Origin: Actinomycetota bacterium
Lineage (GTDB): Bacteria; Actinomycetota; Actinomycetes; S36-B12; CAIYMF01
NCBI GenBank assembly: GCA_009697815.1
Contig: WLRQ01000007.1
Span: 158-64,157, forward strand
Direction of reading: 5' to 3'
DNA: 64,000 nt
Part shown: positions 10,030 through 22,501 of the stretch, piece by piece
Numbering within the stretch: the stretch's first letter is position 1
Layout: each line of letters opens with the position of its first letter
The notes under the pieces: model-generated
Told to the model about the DNA's origin: nothing
Databases searched by the model: none
Seen by the model: the letters and a program-made list of their open reading frames with translations, nothing else
Position numbers and translations under genes: made by a program

Positions 10030-11085
10030 GTGCAAAATCAGTACCACCGTGTCGGTAACGCGACTGTCATCTCGCTCGCGGCCCTCGCCGCCGCGGGTCT
10101 GTTGGCCGGCTGCGCTCAGGGAGATCCGGTCTCCACGCAAACGTCGGCGACAGTGTCCACGAGCGCCTCAGTCGCCGCCCCGACCCCGTCGCCCAGCAAC
10201 ACTGCAGCGGGCGCCTCGCCGTTCTCGGGACGCGCGGGCGGCGCTGGAAAGCCCGTGCTCGTGGTCAAGTTCGACAACACGCCCAATGCCCAGCCTCATG
10301 TGGGCTTGCAGGCGGCCGACATCGTGTTCGTGGAGGAAGTCGAATTTGGCCTCACTCGACTCGCGGCCGTCTTCTCCACCGAGATTCCGAAGGTTGTCGG
10401 TCCGATCCGCAGCGCCCGCATCTCCGACATCGACCTGCTCGGTCAGTTCGGTCGTCCCGCGTTTTCGTACTCCGGCGCACAGGCCAAACTGCGCCCGGTT
10501 CTCGCCTCTGCATCTCTCTTCGATGTGTCAGGTGACCAAGGGCCTCAGGGCTATTTCCGCGATAAGGCGCGTCGGGCTCCCTACAACTTCATGGGATACG
10601 CGACCAACCTGCTCGCACGTGCCCCCGACGCGTCACCGGCGCGTGACATCGGCTACCTGTTCTCGGTTCAGGCACCGTTGGGTGGCAAGAAGATCACCAC
10701 CGCGACCGTGAAGTACCCCTCGTCCTTGGTGCAGTTCCTCTGGAATGCCGCGGGTACCAACTATGACGTCTGGCTCAACGGCAAGCGTGCGCGCGCGGCC
10801 GAGGGAGGCACACAACACGCCGCTACCGTCGTGATCGAGTATGTCGACCAGCATGCGTCGGGCTACGGCGACAAGTTCGGCGGTCTGACTCCGAAAGAGG
10901 AAACCATCGGCAAGGGCACAGGCTGGATTCTGCGCGATGGGCAGGCCTGGCCGGTCACGTGGAATCGGCCCACGCTCACCGTGGGCACCACGTACACCGG
11001 GGCGGATGGAAAGATCGTGAACTTCGCGCCGGGCCAGATCTGGGTGGTGCTGATCAACAAGACCACGCCGGCCAAACTGGTCTGA
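10030..11085 (+). CDS. DUF3048 (YerB-like) lipoprotein
   Basis: Lipobox LLAGC; [32 protein letters not shown] and GPIRSAR motifs. Confidence 0.85.
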   Translation: MQNQYHRVGNATVISLAALAAAGLLAGCAQGDPVSTQTSATVSTSASVAAPTPSPSNTAAGASPFSGRAGGAGKPVLVVKFDNTPNAQPHVGLQAADIVFVEEVEFGLTRLAAVFSTEIPKVVGPIRSARISDIDLLGQFGRPAFSYSGAQAKLRPVLASASLFDVSGDQGPQGYFRDKARRAPYNFMGYATNLLARAPDASPARDIGYLFSVQAPLGGKKITTATVKYPSSLVQFLWNAAGTNYDVWLNGKRARAAEGGTQHAATVVIEYVDQHASGYGDKFGGLTPKEETIGKGTGWILRDGQAWPVTWNRPTLTVGTTYTGADGKIVNFAPGQIWVVLINKTTPAKLV

Positions 11086-11219
11086 GGTTCCCAGGCCGCG
11101 TGCCCCTCAAGGCCGAGGCCTTCCCCGGGGGTCAATGCGCTCTGCTACCGGTATCGTGGTCTCGTTCGGTCGTTCGAGGCCGGATCGTTCCCACTCCCGC
11201 TTCTGCCCTGAGGTCGTCG

Positions 11220-12152
11220 ATGCCTTCCACGCCCGAGTCCAGCCGTTCCGGCTCGCCTTCTACCCTCGCTCCTGCGGTCGGCACCGCGCGCGTCAAGCGC
11301 GGTATGGCCGAGATGCTCAAGGGCGGCGTGATCATGGACGTCGTCAACTCCGACCAGGCCAGGATCGCCGAGGACGCGGGAGCTGTCGCTGTCATGGCGC
11401 TCGAGCGGGTACCGGCTGATATCCGAGCCCAGGGTGGGGTGTCGCGCATGAGCGACCCCGACATGATCGACAAGATCATCGAGGCCGTGTCGATCCCCGT
11501 CATGGCGAAGGCTCGCATCGGGCACTTCGTCGAGGCGCAAATCCTGCAGAGCCTCGGAGTCGACTACATCGACGAGTCAGAGGTATTGACACCCGCCGAC
11601 TACGTCAATCACATCGACAAGTGGCAGTTCACCGTTCCCTTCGTGTGCGGCGCCACCAATCTCGGTGAGGCCCTTCGTCGACTGTCCGAGGGTGCGGCGA
11701 TGATCCGCTCCAAGGGTGAGGCTGGCACTGGCGACGTCTCCAATGCCACCAAGCACATGCGGACTATCTCCGGTGAGATCCGCCGACTCAGCTCTCTCTC
11801 GCGTGACGAGCTGTACGTCGCGGCCAAGGAGCTCCAGGCACCGTTCGAGCTTGTGTCCGAGGTCGCCGCTGCCGGGCGACTTCCCGTCGTTCTCTTCACG
11901 GCCGGCGGCATTGCCACCCCCGCCGACGCGGCGATGATGATGCAGCTCGGTGCTGATGGTGTCTTCGTCGGCTCCGGCATCTTCAAGTCGGGCAATCCGC
12001 AGGAGCGGGCACATGCGATCGTCCAGGCGACGACCCACTTCCAGGACGCGGACATTCTGGCGAAGGTCTCTCGTGGCCTTGGTGAGGCGATGGTCGGCAT
12101 CAACGTCGCCGACATCCCGGTGCACCACCGACTGGAAGACCGCGGCTGGTGA
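11220..12152 (+). CDS. pdxS: Pyridoxal 5'-phosphate synthase lyase subunit
   Basis: [31 protein letters not shown] motifs. Confidence 0.97.
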   Translation: MPSTPESSRSGSPSTLAPAVGTARVKRGMAEMLKGGVIMDVVNSDQARIAEDAGAVAVMALERVPADIRAQGGVSRMSDPDMIDKIIEAVSIPVMAKARIGHFVEAQILQSLGVDYIDESEVLTPADYVNHIDKWQFTVPFVCGATNLGEALRRLSEGAAMIRSKGEAGTGDVSNATKHMRTISGEIRRLSSLSRDELYVAAKELQAPFELVSEVAAAGRLPVVLFTAGGIATPADAAMMMQLGADGVFVGSGIFKSGNPQERAHAIVQATTHFQDADILAKVSRGLGEAMVGINVADIPVHHRLEDRGW

Positions 12153-12757
12153 CGGGGGCCCCGCTCATCGGGGTCCTGGCACTTCAGGGCGATGTGCGCG
12201 AGCACGAGAATGCCCTCGCCAGTTGCGGTGTGGCCACCCGTCGCATTCGCTTACCGGCTGATCTTGACGGAATTGACGCCCTCGTCGTTCCCGGCGGGGA
12301 GTCCACGACGATGAGCAACCTGGCGCTGCGCTGGGGCCTGATGGAACCGCTGCGCGCTCGTGTTGGTGAGGGGATGCCGGCCTACGGGTCCTGCGCCGGG
12401 ATGATCATGCTGGCGGACCGACTCGAGGGCGGCCGCCCTGACCAGCAGACGATCGGCGGTCTCGACGTCACGGTCCGTCGAAACGCGTTCGGTCGACAGG
12501 TTGACTCATTCGAGGCGGATGTCCAGATCCTCGCCTTGGGGCCCACGCCAATCCATGCAGTGTTCATCCGAGCTCCGTGGGTCGAGCAGGCGGGCGAATC
12601 CGTCCAGGTGCTAGGAACCATCGCAAGCGGCGACGCCGCCAGTAGGATCGTGGCCGTCCGACAGGGTCACCTGCTCGCGACGTCGTTCCACCCCGAGCTC
12701 ACCGGGGACACCCGGGTGCATCAGTACTTCGTCGAGATGGTGAGAGAGCAGGCATGA
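12149..12757 (+). CDS. pdxT: PLP synthase glutaminase subunit
   Basis: [19 protein letters not shown] nucleophile, SFHPE triad. Confidence 0.96.
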   Translation: MTGAPLIGVLALQGDVREHENALASCGVATRRIRLPADLDGIDALVVPGGESTTMSNLALRWGLMEPLRARVGEGMPAYGSCAGMIMLADRLEGGRPDQQTIGGLDVTVRRNAFGRQVDSFEADVQILALGPTPIHAVFIRAPWVEQAGESVQVLGTIASGDAASRIVAVRQGHLLATSFHPELTGDTRVHQYFVEMVREQA

Positions 12758-13506
12758 GCGGCCACTCCAAGTGGGCGACCACGAAGCACAAGAAGGCCGT
12801 GGTCGACGCCAAGCGCAGCAAGTTGTTCGCGAAACTGATCAAGAACATCGAGGTCGCCGCCCGCACGGGGGGCAATGATCTGGACGCGAACCCGACTCTC
12901 TATGACGCCGTCTACAAGGCGAAGAAGAACTCGGTTCCCAACGACAATATCGATCGTGCACTCAAGCGGGGTTCCGGCGCTGAGGCGGGCGGCGCCGACT
13001 ACCTCACGATCATGTACGAGGGCTACGGCCCGAGCGGGGTGGCGGTGCTGATCGAGTGCCTCACCGACAACCGCAACCGCGCGGCGTCCGACGTGAGGGT
13101 GGCCATGACCCGCAACGGCGGCTCGATGGCCGACCCTGGGTCGGTGTCCTACCTGTTCACCCGCAAGGGCGTCGTCATCGTGCCCAAGGGTGGCCGCACC
13201 GAGGACGATGTTCTCGACGCCGTTCTCGACGCCGGTGCTGAGGAGGTAAACGATCTCGGGGAGTCTTTCGAGGTCGTATGCGCCGCATCGGACCTCGTGA
13301 CCGTGAGAACAGCCCTGCAAGACGCCGGCATTGACTACGAGTCGGCCGATTCCTCGTTCCTACCCAGTGTCCAAGTCGACCTCGACGAGGAGGGGGCTCG
13401 CAAGGTCTTCAAGCTTATCGACGCCCTTGAGGACAGCGATGACGTGCAGAACGTCTACGCCAATTTCGACGTCTCGGACGAGGTGCTCGAGGCCCTCGAC
13501 GCCTGA
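12754..13506 (+). CDS. yebC: YebC/PmpR family protein
   Basis: [29 protein letters not shown]. Confidence 0.97.
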   Translation: MSGHSKWATTKHKKAVVDAKRSKLFAKLIKNIEVAARTGGNDLDANPTLYDAVYKAKKNSVPNDNIDRALKRGSGAEAGGADYLTIMYEGYGPSGVAVLIECLTDNRNRAASDVRVAMTRNGGSMADPGSVSYLFTRKGVVIVPKGGRTEDDVLDAVLDAGAEEVNDLGESFEVVCAASDLVTVRTALQDAGIDYESADSSFLPSVQVDLDEEGARKVFKLIDALEDSDDVQNVYANFDVSDEVLEALDA

Positions 13507-13605
13507 TCGGTGCGGTGTGGGTGCCCGGCGTGGCGCCGTTCACACTCCCGACGACTGGGTTAACATCCGTACACGTGTTCGGCACAACGGAGGGCGGCCC
13601 TGCTC

Positions 13606-14193
13606 ATGCGCGTGCTCGGCGTCGATCCCGGCCTCACACGTTGCGGTATTGGTGTCGTCGACGGCGCCCCGGGCAGGCGCCTCACGCTGATCCATGTTGA
13701 CGTGGTGCGCACCCCAGCCGAACTCGATTTGTCGCAGAGACTGCTGGCGATCGAGCAAGCGATCGAGGCCGCGATCGAGACAACGGCTCCTGATTGCATG
13801 GCGGTCGAGCGCGTGTTCAGCCAACACAACCTCCGCACGGTGATGGGTACCGCACAGGCGGGAGCGATCGCCCTGGTGGCGGCGGCCAGAAGGGGCATTC
13901 CGGTCACCCTGCACACCCCCAGCGAGGTGAAGGCCTCGGTCACCGGACACGGCCGCGCCGATAAGGATCAAGTCGCCACCATGGTTACCCGGCTCTTGGG
14001 TCTGACACACACACCACGTCCCGCCGATGCCACCGATGCCCTGGCGCTCGCGATCTGCCATCTCTGGCGCGGTGAGATCTCCACGCGTCTGGCCGATGCC
14101 GCGGCCGCGTCCCCCCGCCCGCGCATCCCCCGCACCGCGGCACAGGCTCGCCCCGCCCCTGGACGCCGCGTCGCGGTGGGCGGTCCCAGGTGA
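13606..14193 (+). CDS. ruvC: Holliday junction endonuclease RuvC
   Basis: [26 protein letters not shown]. Confidence 0.97.
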   Translation: MRVLGVDPGLTRCGIGVVDGAPGRRLTLIHVDVVRTPAELDLSQRLLAIEQAIEAAIETTAPDCMAVERVFSQHNLRTVMGTAQAGAIALVAAARRGIPVTLHTPSEVKASVTGHGRADKDQVATMVTRLLGLTHTPRPADATDALALAICHLWRGEISTRLADAAAASPRPRIPRTAAQARPAPGRRVAVGGPR

Positions 14194-14792
14194 TCTCCTA
14201 TGTGCGCGGGTCAGTGGCAGCGGTGGGTGCGGGTTCGGCGGTCATCGATGTCGGAGGCATCGGCTTCGAACTCCAGTGCTCCTCGTCCACACTCGCCGAG
14301 CTGCGCGTCGGACATGCGGCCACACTCTCGGCGGCACTGATCGTCCGTGCCGACTCGCTCACCCTTTTCGGCTTCGCAGACGACGATGAGCGCTCCACCT
14401 TTGACATCCTCCAGAGCGTCACGGGTGTCGGACCCCGGGTGGCTCAGGCTCTCCTGGCGGTGCACCGTCCCGACGCTTTGCGACGCGCCGTGGCCAGTGA
14501 GGACGTCGCAGCCCTGATCCGCGTGCCCGGCATCGGCCGCAAGGGCGCTCAGCGCCTCGTACTCGAGCTCAAGGACCGTCTCGGGGCACCGGTGGGCTCG
14601 GTCGTAGACCTCGCCTCGGCCCCTTCGTCCGGTAACCGCTGGGAGGGGCAGGTCCATGCTGGGCTCGTCGGTCTGGGCTGGTCTACCCGCGAGGCGGATG
14701 CCGCCATCTCAGCTGTCGCGACACAGTTCGAGCCAGATACGGATGTCGCAACCGTGCTCCGCGCCGCCCTTCGCTCCCTGGACCGCGCATGA
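14190..14792 (+). CDS. ruvA: Holliday junction branch migration protein RuvA
   Basis: LFGF, HhH motifs VTGVGPR and [11 protein letters not shown]. Confidence 0.97.
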   Translation: MISYVRGSVAAVGAGSAVIDVGGIGFELQCSSSTLAELRVGHAATLSAALIVRADSLTLFGFADDDERSTFDILQSVTGVGPRVAQALLAVHRPDALRRAVASEDVAALIRVPGIGRKGAQRLVLELKDRLGAPVGSVVDLASAPSSGNRWEGQVHAGLVGLGWSTREADAAISAVATQFEPDTDVATVLRAALRSLDRA

Positions 14793-15979
14793 CAGGGGCC
14801 CCTCGCGACGAGCAGGACTCGGAGGAACTCTCCTACGATGACGGCTCCCGAGTGATCATCGGCGAGGCTGTGGGCGACGACATCGTCGTCGAGGGCGCGC
14901 TGCGCCCACGCACCCTCGAGTCATTCATTGGTCAGCAACGCGTCAAGGATCAACTCGGTCTTGTCCTCGAGGCTGCCTCGGCGCGCGGCAGCTCCGCTGA
15001 CCACGTGCTGCTCGCTGGACCCCCCGGACTCGGCAAGACCACCCTGTCGATGATCATCGCTGCCGAGTTGGGGATGCCGCTGCGGGTTACGAGCGGGCCA
15101 GCGTTGCAGCATGCGGGTGATCTCGCGGCAGTCCTGTCGAGCCTGGTCCCGGGAGAGGTTCTGTTCCTCGACGAGATCCACCGTATGTCGCGCGCTGCCG
15201 AAGAGATGCTCTACCTGGCGATGGAGGACTTCCGGGTCGACATCATCGTGGGCAAGGGTCCCGGGGCCACGGCGATCCCGCTCGAGCTGCCGGCATTCAC
15301 CCTCGTGGGGGCCACCACGCGCGCAGGGCTCCTCCCGGGGCCACTGCGCGATCGGTTTGGATTCACCGCGCACATGGACTTCTACGACACCGCGGATCTG
15401 CTGGCGATCGCGGTTCGAAGCGCACGGTTGCTCGAGGTGTCCTTGACCGCTGACGCGGCTGCGGAGATTGCCTCGCGAAGTCGGGGTACACCGCGTGTGG
15501 CAAACCGGCTCCTGCGCCGCGTTCGCGACTTCGCCCAGGTCAGGGCCGATGGCAATATCGATCTCGCGATCACCCGAGCCGCGCTTGCCCTTTATGAGGT
15601 CGACGACATCGGCCTCGACAGGCTTGATCGGGCCGTCCTCGACTCCCTGTTGCGCCGGTTCGGGGGAGGCCCAGTCGGGCTATCCACTCTGGCAGTTTCC
15701 GTTGGCGAGGAGCCCGAGACTGTCGAGACCGTCTGCGAGCCATTCCTGGTCCGGGCCGGGCTGCTGGCACGCACACCCCGAGGTCGCGTCGCCACCCCGG
15801 CTGCGTGGCGCCACCTGGGCCTCCGACCGCCCGCCCACAGTGCCGGACTCACTCTTTTCGCAGGAGCTCCCGAGCAGGGGGACACGTTCGCGCTCGATAA
15901 CTCGCCCTGGGCGGACTTAGACAACCCACCCGAGGTCGTGGGCGAGGCGGGGCACGGGGCTGAGGTGCGGGCCCTCTAG
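14789..15979 (+). CDS. ruvB: Holliday junction helicase RuvB
   Basis: [41 protein letters not shown]. Confidence 0.97.
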   Translation: MTGAPRDEQDSEELSYDDGSRVIIGEAVGDDIVVEGALRPRTLESFIGQQRVKDQLGLVLEAASARGSSADHVLLAGPPGLGKTTLSMIIAAELGMPLRVTSGPALQHAGDLAAVLSSLVPGEVLFLDEIHRMSRAAEEMLYLAMEDFRVDIIVGKGPGATAIPLELPAFTLVGATTRAGLLPGPLRDRFGFTAHMDFYDTADLLAIAVRSARLLEVSLTADAAAEIASRSRGTPRVANRLLRRVRDFAQVRADGNIDLAITRAALALYEVDDIGLDRLDRAVLDSLLRRFGGGPVGLSTLAVSVGEEPETVETVCEPFLVRAGLLARTPRGRVATPAAWRHLGLRPPAHSAGLTLFAGAPEQGDTFALDNSPWADLDNPPEVVGEAGHGAEVRAL

Positions 15980-16025
15980 ACTCCCGGCATCGCCGAGCCA
16001 GTCGGCCCCAGCCCTAGGACAGCTC

Positions 16026-16325
16026 GTGACACTTGGTCAGATCCTTCCGATCCTCCTGCTCGTCGTGATGTTCTACCTGCTCGTTCTGCGTCCCTCGCGG
16101 GCTCGTCAGGCCAAGCAGCGAGCCACGATGGCTCAGTTGGCCCCCGGCTCGCGCATCGTCACCACCTCGGGCCTGCTCGGGACCGTCACTGCGGTCGACG
16201 GCGATGAGATCGAACTTGAGATCTCTGTCGGCGTCCGCGTGCGTTTCGTCCTGGCCGCGGTGGGTCGCGTACTCGATCCGGAAACCGCGTCGGACGCCTC
16301 GGACGAGCTGACCTCGTCCGTCTGA
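16026..16325 (+). CDS. yajC: Preprotein translocase subunit YajC
   Basis: Single N-terminal TM, L.PG.RIVTTSGLLGTV; upstream of secDF. Confidence 0.92.
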   Translation: MTLGQILPILLLVVMFYLLVLRPSRARQAKQRATMAQLAPGSRIVTTSGLLGTVTAVDGDEIELEISVGVRVRFVLAAVGRVLDPETASDASDELTSSV

Positions 16326-16333
16326 TCCTCTCG

Positions 16334-16361
16334 CTCGCACCAGGCTCAGCCGTGGTGCGAG
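16334..16361 (+). terminator. Hairpin after yajC
   Basis: Stem CTCGCACCA/TGGTGCGAG; no T-tract. Confidence 0.45.
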
Positions 16362-16558
16362 TGTCGTCAGGGCGCGCGCGTCATTCATAATGCTCACGCA
16401 CGGCTTCTGGACTTTCGGAAGTCGCGCGCGGGCGAACGCGGCTCGCTCACGTCAACGACGGCCCTGCGGCCGTCATCGCAGGTCCCGCACACCGCGGGCA
16501 CGAGGGTTCCTGGGTAAGACGCTCGCCGTCACGCCCCGGACGCACAGGAGACACCACG

Positions 16559-18391
16559 GTGGCAGCACCGACTCAGCGCCATGCCAGGTCAGGTCGCACT
16601 CTGGCGATCCTTGGTCTGATCATCGCCTCTCTCGCGGTCTGGACGTTCTGGCCGGGGGAGAGTCACGCCCCCAAGCTAGGGCTCGATCTCCGCGGCGGCA
16701 CGGCCGTGATTTTGACTCCCACCGGGACTCAGACCGGCGGAGCGATCACCGATGACCAGCTCAAGCAGGCAGTGGAGATCATCCGCCAGCGAGTCGATGG
16801 CTTCGGTGTTGCCGAGTCCGAGGTCACTACCCAGGGCAGCGGGCAGAACGCCAGCATCATCGTGTCGATCCCCGGGGTCACCAACGAGGCGATTCTCGAA
16901 TCGCTGGCCACCACCGCGAAACTCGATTTCCGACCCGTGCTCGCACAGGGCTTCGGTAGCTCGATGCCGACGCCTACCCCCACGCCGTCAGCGTCCTCCT
17001 CGGGAACGTCGTCCTCACCGTCACCGAGCCCGTCACCGTCCACGAGCGCAAACATCGTGCCGCCAGCCAGCCCTTCGGCGACGGGCAACGGGGCGGCGAT
17101 CACTGGCGGCCTTCGTCCCAACGACACGACGACGCCCGCGAGTCCGTCTGCCACCGGGAGCCCAACCCCGACCGCAAGCGCTTCCGTCACGCCGAGTCCC
17201 ACGTCCACTGCGAGCCCGTCCGCTACGGCGCCGACGAGTCCGGTCAGTTCCGTCAACGGACTGCCCCCGATCCAGTCGGCCGCCAACGATGGCGCTCTCC
17301 AGGCTGCTTACATCACCCTTGACTGCTCTAAGACCGGGGCGACGAAGGGTGGCCCGACCGACCCCAAGAAGTTCCTGGTCACGTGCTCGAAGGATGGCGC
17401 CTACAAGTACTTTCTCGAGCCAGCCGCAGTCGAGGGCACCGAGATTTCCAGCGCCGCCGCGGGGCTTTCGCAGAGCGGTGGGGGCTGGGAGGTCAACCTG
17501 ACCTTCAGCGCTGATGGGTCGACCCAGTTCGCGACGGTCACCGGTGACCTGTCAAAGAAGTCCCCCCCGGCCAACCAGTTCGGCATCGTGCTGGACGGCC
17601 TCGTCGAATCGGCACCCAGTGTCAGCCAGGCGATCATCGGCGGTAGTGCCGTGATCACGGGGTCTTTCACCGCCGACGAGGCGAAGGCGCTGGCGAACGT
17701 ACTCAAGTACGGCTCGCTCCCCGTCTCGCTCGAAGTCTCCTCGGTCGAGTCCATCTCGCCGACTCTCGGCCAAGACCAACTCACAGCCGGCCTTCTTGCG
17801 GGCGCCTTGGGTCTGCTCTTGGTAGTCGTGTACCTGGTGATCTACTACCGGGCGCTGGGCGTCGTGGCGGTGGCATCACTGCTGGTCGCTGCCGCGATCA
17901 CGTTCGAATTGTTCGTCATCCTCGGCCGGCAACTCGGTTTCACCCTCTCGCTCGCAGGGGTGGCCGGAGCCATCGTGGCCATTGGGATTACCGCGGATTC
18001 CTTCGTCGTGTACTTCGAGCGGATTCGCGACGAGATCAGAGAAGGTCGAAATCTGCGGGCTGCGGGTGACGCGGGCTGGATCAGGGCTCGCAAGACCATC
18101 CTGGCCGCCGACTTCGTGTCATTCCTCGCCGCGGTGATCTTGTATTTCCTGTCTGTAGGCAGTGTTCGTGGTTTCGCGTTCACGCTGGGCCTCACCACGC
18201 TGGTCGACGTCGCGGTCGCGTTCGCGTTCACCAGGCCACTGGTGTCGTTGCTGATGCGCAACCCGAGGTTCTCCTCCGGTAAGGCCTGGACAGGCCTGTC
18301 ACCCGATCGTCTCGGGGCGAAGTCCCCCTTGGGTACAGCCACCAGCACGCGAACGACATTGGCCGCATCTCGCGCCGCGAAGGAGTCCTGA
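16559..18391 (+). CDS. secD: Protein translocase subunit SecD
   Basis: KLGLDLRGG, IIRQRVDGFGVAE, LKYGSLP, DSFVVYFERIRDE; S/P/T-rich insertion in the extracytoplasmic domain. Confidence 0.97.
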   Translation: MAAPTQRHARSGRTLAILGLIIASLAVWTFWPGESHAPKLGLDLRGGTAVILTPTGTQTGGAITDDQLKQAVEIIRQRVDGFGVAESEVTTQGSGQNASIIVSIPGVTNEAILESLATTAKLDFRPVLAQGFGSSMPTPTPTPSASSSGTSSSPSPSPSPSTSANIVPPASPSATGNGAAITGGLRPNDTTTPASPSATGSPTPTASASVTPSPTSTASPSATAPTSPVSSVNGLPPIQSAANDGALQAAYITLDCSKTGATKGGPTDPKKFLVTCSKDGAYKYFLEPAAVEGTEISSAAAGLSQSGGGWEVNLTFSADGSTQFATVTGDLSKKSPPANQFGIVLDGLVESAPSVSQAIIGGSAVITGSFTADEAKALANVLKYGSLPVSLEVSSVESISPTLGQDQLTAGLLAGALGLLLVVVYLVIYYRALGVVAVASLLVAAAITFELFVILGRQLGFTLSLAGVAGAIVAIGITADSFVVYFERIRDEIREGRNLRAAGDAGWIRARKTILAADFVSFLAAVILYFLSVGSVRGFAFTLGLTTLVDVAVAFAFTRPLVSLLMRNPRFSSGKAWTGLSPDRLGAKSPLGTATSTRTTLAASRAAKES

Positions 18392-19539
18392 TGTCCCGGG
18401 TCAGTTCACTGGCACACCGGCTCTACAGCGGTGAAGTCTCGTTCGACTTCGTCGGTAAGCGCCGACGTTTCTACGCCGTGTCAGCCGTGTTCCTGCTGCT
18501 GGCACTCATCGGTCTCTTCGGTCGCGGCCTCAACCTCGGTATCGAGTTCAAGGGCGGGGCTGAGTTCACGGTGGTGTCCTCGACCGCAACGGTCGAACAG
18601 GCGCGGGCATCCGCGCAGAGCGCGGGGGTCTCGGCGCCGATCGTCACATCTGTCGGCTCCGACAAGATCCGCATTCAGACACCATCACTGACCCTTCAGC
18701 AGTCCGATGCCATCAAGACACAACTGGCCAGCGACCTCGGGGTTACCCAGTCCGACATCGGGGTTCAGCTCGTCGGGCCAAGTTGGGGTTCGGAGATCAC
18801 CAAGCGCGCCCTGCAGGGCCTGATCGTGTTCCTGATAGCCGTGGTGCTCTTCCTCACCGTGTATTTCGAGTGGCGACTGGCCATGGCTGCGCTCGTCGCC
18901 CTCGTGCACGATCTGCTCATCACGATCGGCATCTACGCGCTCACCGGCTTCGAGGTCACTCCCGCCACCGTGATCGGAGTCCTGACGATCCTCGGGTTCT
19001 CTCTCTACGACACCGTGGTGGTTTTCGACAAGGTGAAGGAGAACACGCGCGGGATCACCTCAAGTAACCGCGCGACCTACAGCGAAGCAGCGAATCTCGC
19101 CCTCAACCAAACTGTGGTGCGTTCGATCAACACCTCGGTAGTGGCGCTACTCCCCGTGGCCGCGATTCTGCTCATTGGCGTGGGTCTACTTGGCGCCGGC
19201 ACCCTCAAGGACCTCGCTCTCGCGCTGTTCATCGGCACAGCCGCAGGCACCTACTCGTCGATCTTCATCGCGACCCCCGTCGCCTGTCAGCTCCAGGAGC
19301 GTCGTCCCGACATGAAGGCCCTCGCGACACGAGTGGCTGCCCGCCGGAGCGGCAGCGATGCCAAGGGTGCGCGAAGCGGGAATGCCCGTGCGACATCACC
19401 CGGAGCAACTGACGAGTCAGGCGAGGATTCAACGTCCTCCCCACTCGCATCGGACCTGGGCGCACCCACGGTGGTCTCCACCGGGGCTCGGTCACAGACC
19501 CAGCGCAGTCGTCCACGAAGCCAGCGCAAGAAGCGATGA
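18391..19539 (+). CDS. secF: Protein translocase subunit SecF
   Basis: LNLGIEFKGG, GFSLYDTVVVFDKVKEN, RSINTS. Confidence 0.97.
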   Translation: MSRVSSLAHRLYSGEVSFDFVGKRRRFYAVSAVFLLLALIGLFGRGLNLGIEFKGGAEFTVVSSTATVEQARASAQSAGVSAPIVTSVGSDKIRIQTPSLTLQQSDAIKTQLASDLGVTQSDIGVQLVGPSWGSEITKRALQGLIVFLIAVVLFLTVYFEWRLAMAALVALVHDLLITIGIYALTGFEVTPATVIGVLTILGFSLYDTVVVFDKVKENTRGITSSNRATYSEAANLALNQTVVRSINTSVVALLPVAAILLIGVGLLGAGTLKDLALALFIGTAAGTYSSIFIATPVACQLQERRPDMKALATRVAARRSGSDAKGARSGNARATSPGATDESGEDSTSSPLASDLGAPTVVSTGARSQTQRSRPRSQRKKR

Positions 19540-20075
19540 TCGACGAATTCGGCGCACTTCTCGACCAACGGATCCGTTCCGTACCGGACTGGCCTGTGCC
19601 CGGGGTCATCTTCCGGGACATCGCACCTCTTCTGGCCGATCCCCGGGGGATCCCGGCGGTGGTGGCGGCGATCATCAGCGAGCTCGCCGTGCGCGGAATC
19701 TCCGATATCGATCTCGTAGCTGGGGTAGAAGCACGTGGGTTCGTTCTCGGAGCCCCGCTCGCGGTAGGGCTGGGTGTCGGTTTCGTTCCCGTCCGCAAAC
19801 AGGGGAAGCTGCCCGGCGACCTCCACTCACAGTCCTACGATCTCGAGTACGGCACCGCCACCCTTGAGGTCCAGGTCGATGCGATAGGAGCCGGCCACAG
19901 GGTCCTGTTGATCGACGATGTCCTGGCCACAGGAGGCACGGCCGAGGCCGCGGTGAGCCTCCTGCGTGCGGCCGGCGGGCATGTGGTGGCGCTCACGGTG
20001 CTTCTCGAGCTTCCCGTTCTCCGGGGGCGCGACCGGTTCGCCGATCTCGAAGTCATCTCACTTCGATTGATCTGA
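19536..20075 (+). CDS. apt: Adenine phosphoribosyltransferase
   Basis: GVIFRDI, VRKQGKLP, YDLEYG, VLLIDDVLATGGT. Confidence 0.96.
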   Translation: MIDEFGALLDQRIRSVPDWPVPGVIFRDIAPLLADPRGIPAVVAAIISELAVRGISDIDLVAGVEARGFVLGAPLAVGLGVGFVPVRKQGKLPGDLHSQSYDLEYGTATLEVQVDAIGAGHRVLLIDDVLATGGTAEAAVSLLRAAGGHVVALTVLLELPVLRGRDRFADLEVISLRLI

Positions 20076-20145
20076 TCCGCCCCAGCGCCCGTCAGGGTCG
20101 CCAGGGTCCGTAGACTGAGCCGCCACTGCACCCGCGAGGAGAAGC

Positions 20146-22446
20146 GTGGCCGAGGACGTCGTAACCGGTACGGGCACCGAGGTGCCCCTCACCATCACGA
20201 CCTCGCCTGCATTCGAGGCCACGAGCAAGCGTTCGCTCCTGCCGCGCATCAATCCACGTCGCGGCTCGAGCCGCCAGAGCATGCACCCCGAACTCGATCC
20301 GCTGTTGCGGACAGTTCGCCATTACCATCCCAAAACTGACGTCAAGATCATCGAACAGGCATACGAGCGCGCCGCATATCTGCACCGCGATCAGCGACGG
20401 CGTTCAGGCGAGCCGTACATCACTCATCCACTCGCTGTCGCGACAATCCTTGCCGACCTCGGCATGACGACGCCCACACTCGTCGCAGCACTCCTGCATG
20501 ACACCGTCGAGGACACCGAGTACAGCCTCGATGCGCTGCGGGAGGACTTCGGCGACGAAGTCGCGGCACTGGTCGACGGAGTGACCAAGCTTGACAAGGT
20601 GAAGTACGGGCAGGCCACCGCCGCCGAGACGGTCCGCAAGATGGTCGTCGCGATGGCCCGGGACATCCGCGTGCTCATGATCAAGCTGGCCGATCGCCTG
20701 CACAACATGCGCACACTGCGGTGGATGCCGCCGGAGAAGCAGGACCAGAAGGCCCGCGAGACCCTCGAGATCTATGCACCCCTGGCCCACAGGCTCGGCA
20801 TGAACACCATGAAGTGGGAACTCGAGGATCTCTCATTCGCCACGCTCTACCCGAAGATGTACGACGAGATCGTTCGACTCGTGGGCACGCGAGCACCAGA
20901 GCGTGATGAGTACCTCACCGCAGTCAAGGACGCCGTCGAGGCAGACCTGCGCGAGGCCAAGGTCAAGGCAACAGTGACCGGGCGGCCCAAGCATTACTAC
21001 TCGGTGTACCAAAAGATGATCGTGCGCGGCCGCGACTTCGCCGACATTTACGACCTCGTCGGCATTCGGATCCTCGTTGAGTCAGTCCGCGACTGCTATG
21101 CGGTCCTCGGTGTGATCCACTCACGATGGAACCCCGTGCCGGGGCGTTTCAAGGACTTCATCGCGATGCCCAAGTTCAACATGTACCAGTCCCTGCACAC
21201 CACGGTTATCGGTCCGACGGGAAAGCCCGTCGAACTCCAGATCCGCACGATGGACATGCACCGAGCCGCCGAGTTCGGTGTGGCCGCCCACTGGCGCTAC
21301 AAGCAGGGAACCGTGGGGGGCAAGTCCGGACCAGACGACATGGGATGGCTGCGCCAGCTTCTGGAGTGGCAGCGCGAGACCGAGGATCCGGGCGACTTCC
21401 TCGACTCGTTGAGGTACGACCTTGGGTCCACCGAGGTCTTCGTGTTCACCCCGAAGGGGGATGTCGTCGCTCTGCCGGGCGGATCGACGCCGGTCGACTT
21501 TGCCTACGCCGTGCACACCGAAGTCGGGCACCGATGCGTGGGTGCGCGCGTCAACGGCAAACTCGTACCGCTGGAGTCCGCGCTGACCTCGGGCGATGTG
21601 ATCGAGGTCTTCACCTCGAAGGCCGAAAGCGCCGCGCCGTCTCAGGACTGGCTCAAGTTCGTCCAGAGTCCACGAGCGCGTTCGAAGATCAAGGCCTGGT
21701 TCAGCAAGGAACGTCGCGAGGAGGCCGTGGAGAGCGGCAAGGACTCCATCACCCGGGCCATGCGCAAGGCCGGTCTACCACTGCACCGGTTGATGTCCGC
21801 CAATTCACTCCAGGGGATCCTCGCGGAGTTGCACTATCCCGACGCCACGGCGCTGTACATCGCGGTCGGCGAAGGTAAGGTGTCGGCGGTCAACATCGTG
21901 CATCGATTGATGCAGGCGCATGGGGGAGCCGACGGTGCCACCGAGGACATTTCCGAGGTCACCAACCCAAGCAAGATGGCAACGGGCAAGACCCGACCCC
22001 AGGGAGATCCCGGGATCGAGGTCGATGGCGACAGCGACGTGTGGGTCAAGCTCGCACGCTGTTGTACCCCTGTTCCGGGCGATCACGTCCTGGGTTTCGT
22101 CACGCGAGGACACGGAGTCTCGGTACACCGACTTGACTGCGTTAATACGGCATCGCTCCAGCGAGAGCCGGACCGCATCGTGCCGGTGACCTGGTCTCCG
22201 AAGGCCACGAGCGTGTTCCTCGTCAACATTCAGGTCGAGGCGCTCGATCGCTCTCGACTGTTGTCCGACGTCACGCGAACGCTCTCCGACCAACATGTCA
22301 ACATTCTCTCGGCCGCCGTCAGCACGACGCGCGACCGCATCGCGATGTCACGTTTCACGTTCGAGATGGCAGACGCTGCCCACTTGGGCTCGGTGCTCAA
22401 GGCCGTTCGCAGCGTCGAAGGTGTCTACGACGTGTATCGCGTCTGA
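20146..22446 (+). CDS. relA: Bifunctional (p)ppGpp synthetase/hydrolase Rel
   Basis: HD hydrolase motif (LLHDTVED), [19 protein letters not shown], zinc-finger and ACT domains. Confidence 0.97.
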   Translation: MAEDVVTGTGTEVPLTITTSPAFEATSKRSLLPRINPRRGSSRQSMHPELDPLLRTVRHYHPKTDVKIIEQAYERAAYLHRDQRRRSGEPYITHPLAVATILADLGMTTPTLVAALLHDTVEDTEYSLDALREDFGDEVAALVDGVTKLDKVKYGQATAAETVRKMVVAMARDIRVLMIKLADRLHNMRTLRWMPPEKQDQKARETLEIYAPLAHRLGMNTMKWELEDLSFATLYPKMYDEIVRLVGTRAPERDEYLTAVKDAVEADLREAKVKATVTGRPKHYYSVYQKMIVRGRDFADIYDLVGIRILVESVRDCYAVLGVIHSRWNPVPGRFKDFIAMPKFNMYQSLHTTVIGPTGKPVELQIRTMDMHRAAEFGVAAHWRYKQGTVGGKSGPDDMGWLRQLLEWQRETEDPGDFLDSLRYDLGSTEVFVFTPKGDVVALPGGSTPVDFAYAVHTEVGHRCVGARVNGKLVPLESALTSGDVIEVFTSKAESAAPSQDWLKFVQSPRARSKIKAWFSKERREEAVESGKDSITRAMRKAGLPLHRLMSANSLQGILAELHYPDATALYIAVGEGKVSAVNIVHRLMQAHGGADGATEDISEVTNPSKMATGKTRPQGDPGIEVDGDSDVWVKLARCCTPVPGDHVLGFVTRGHGVSVHRLDCVNTASLQREPDRIVPVTWSPKATSVFLVNIQVEALDRSRLLSDVTRTLSDQHVNILSAAVSTTRDRIAMSRFTFEMADAAHLGSVLKAVRSVEGVYDVYRV

Positions 22447-22501
22447 CTGATCACCATGCCGCGGGAGGCGATTCACCAGCATCGCGTGCATACAGGAAGA
22501 A

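Noticed and set aside
11106-11132. CTCAAG upstream of pdxS as another sigma28-like promoter
   Set aside because: No GCCGA at the 15-nt spacing; CTCAC at 63671 and 28949 likewise lack a matching -10
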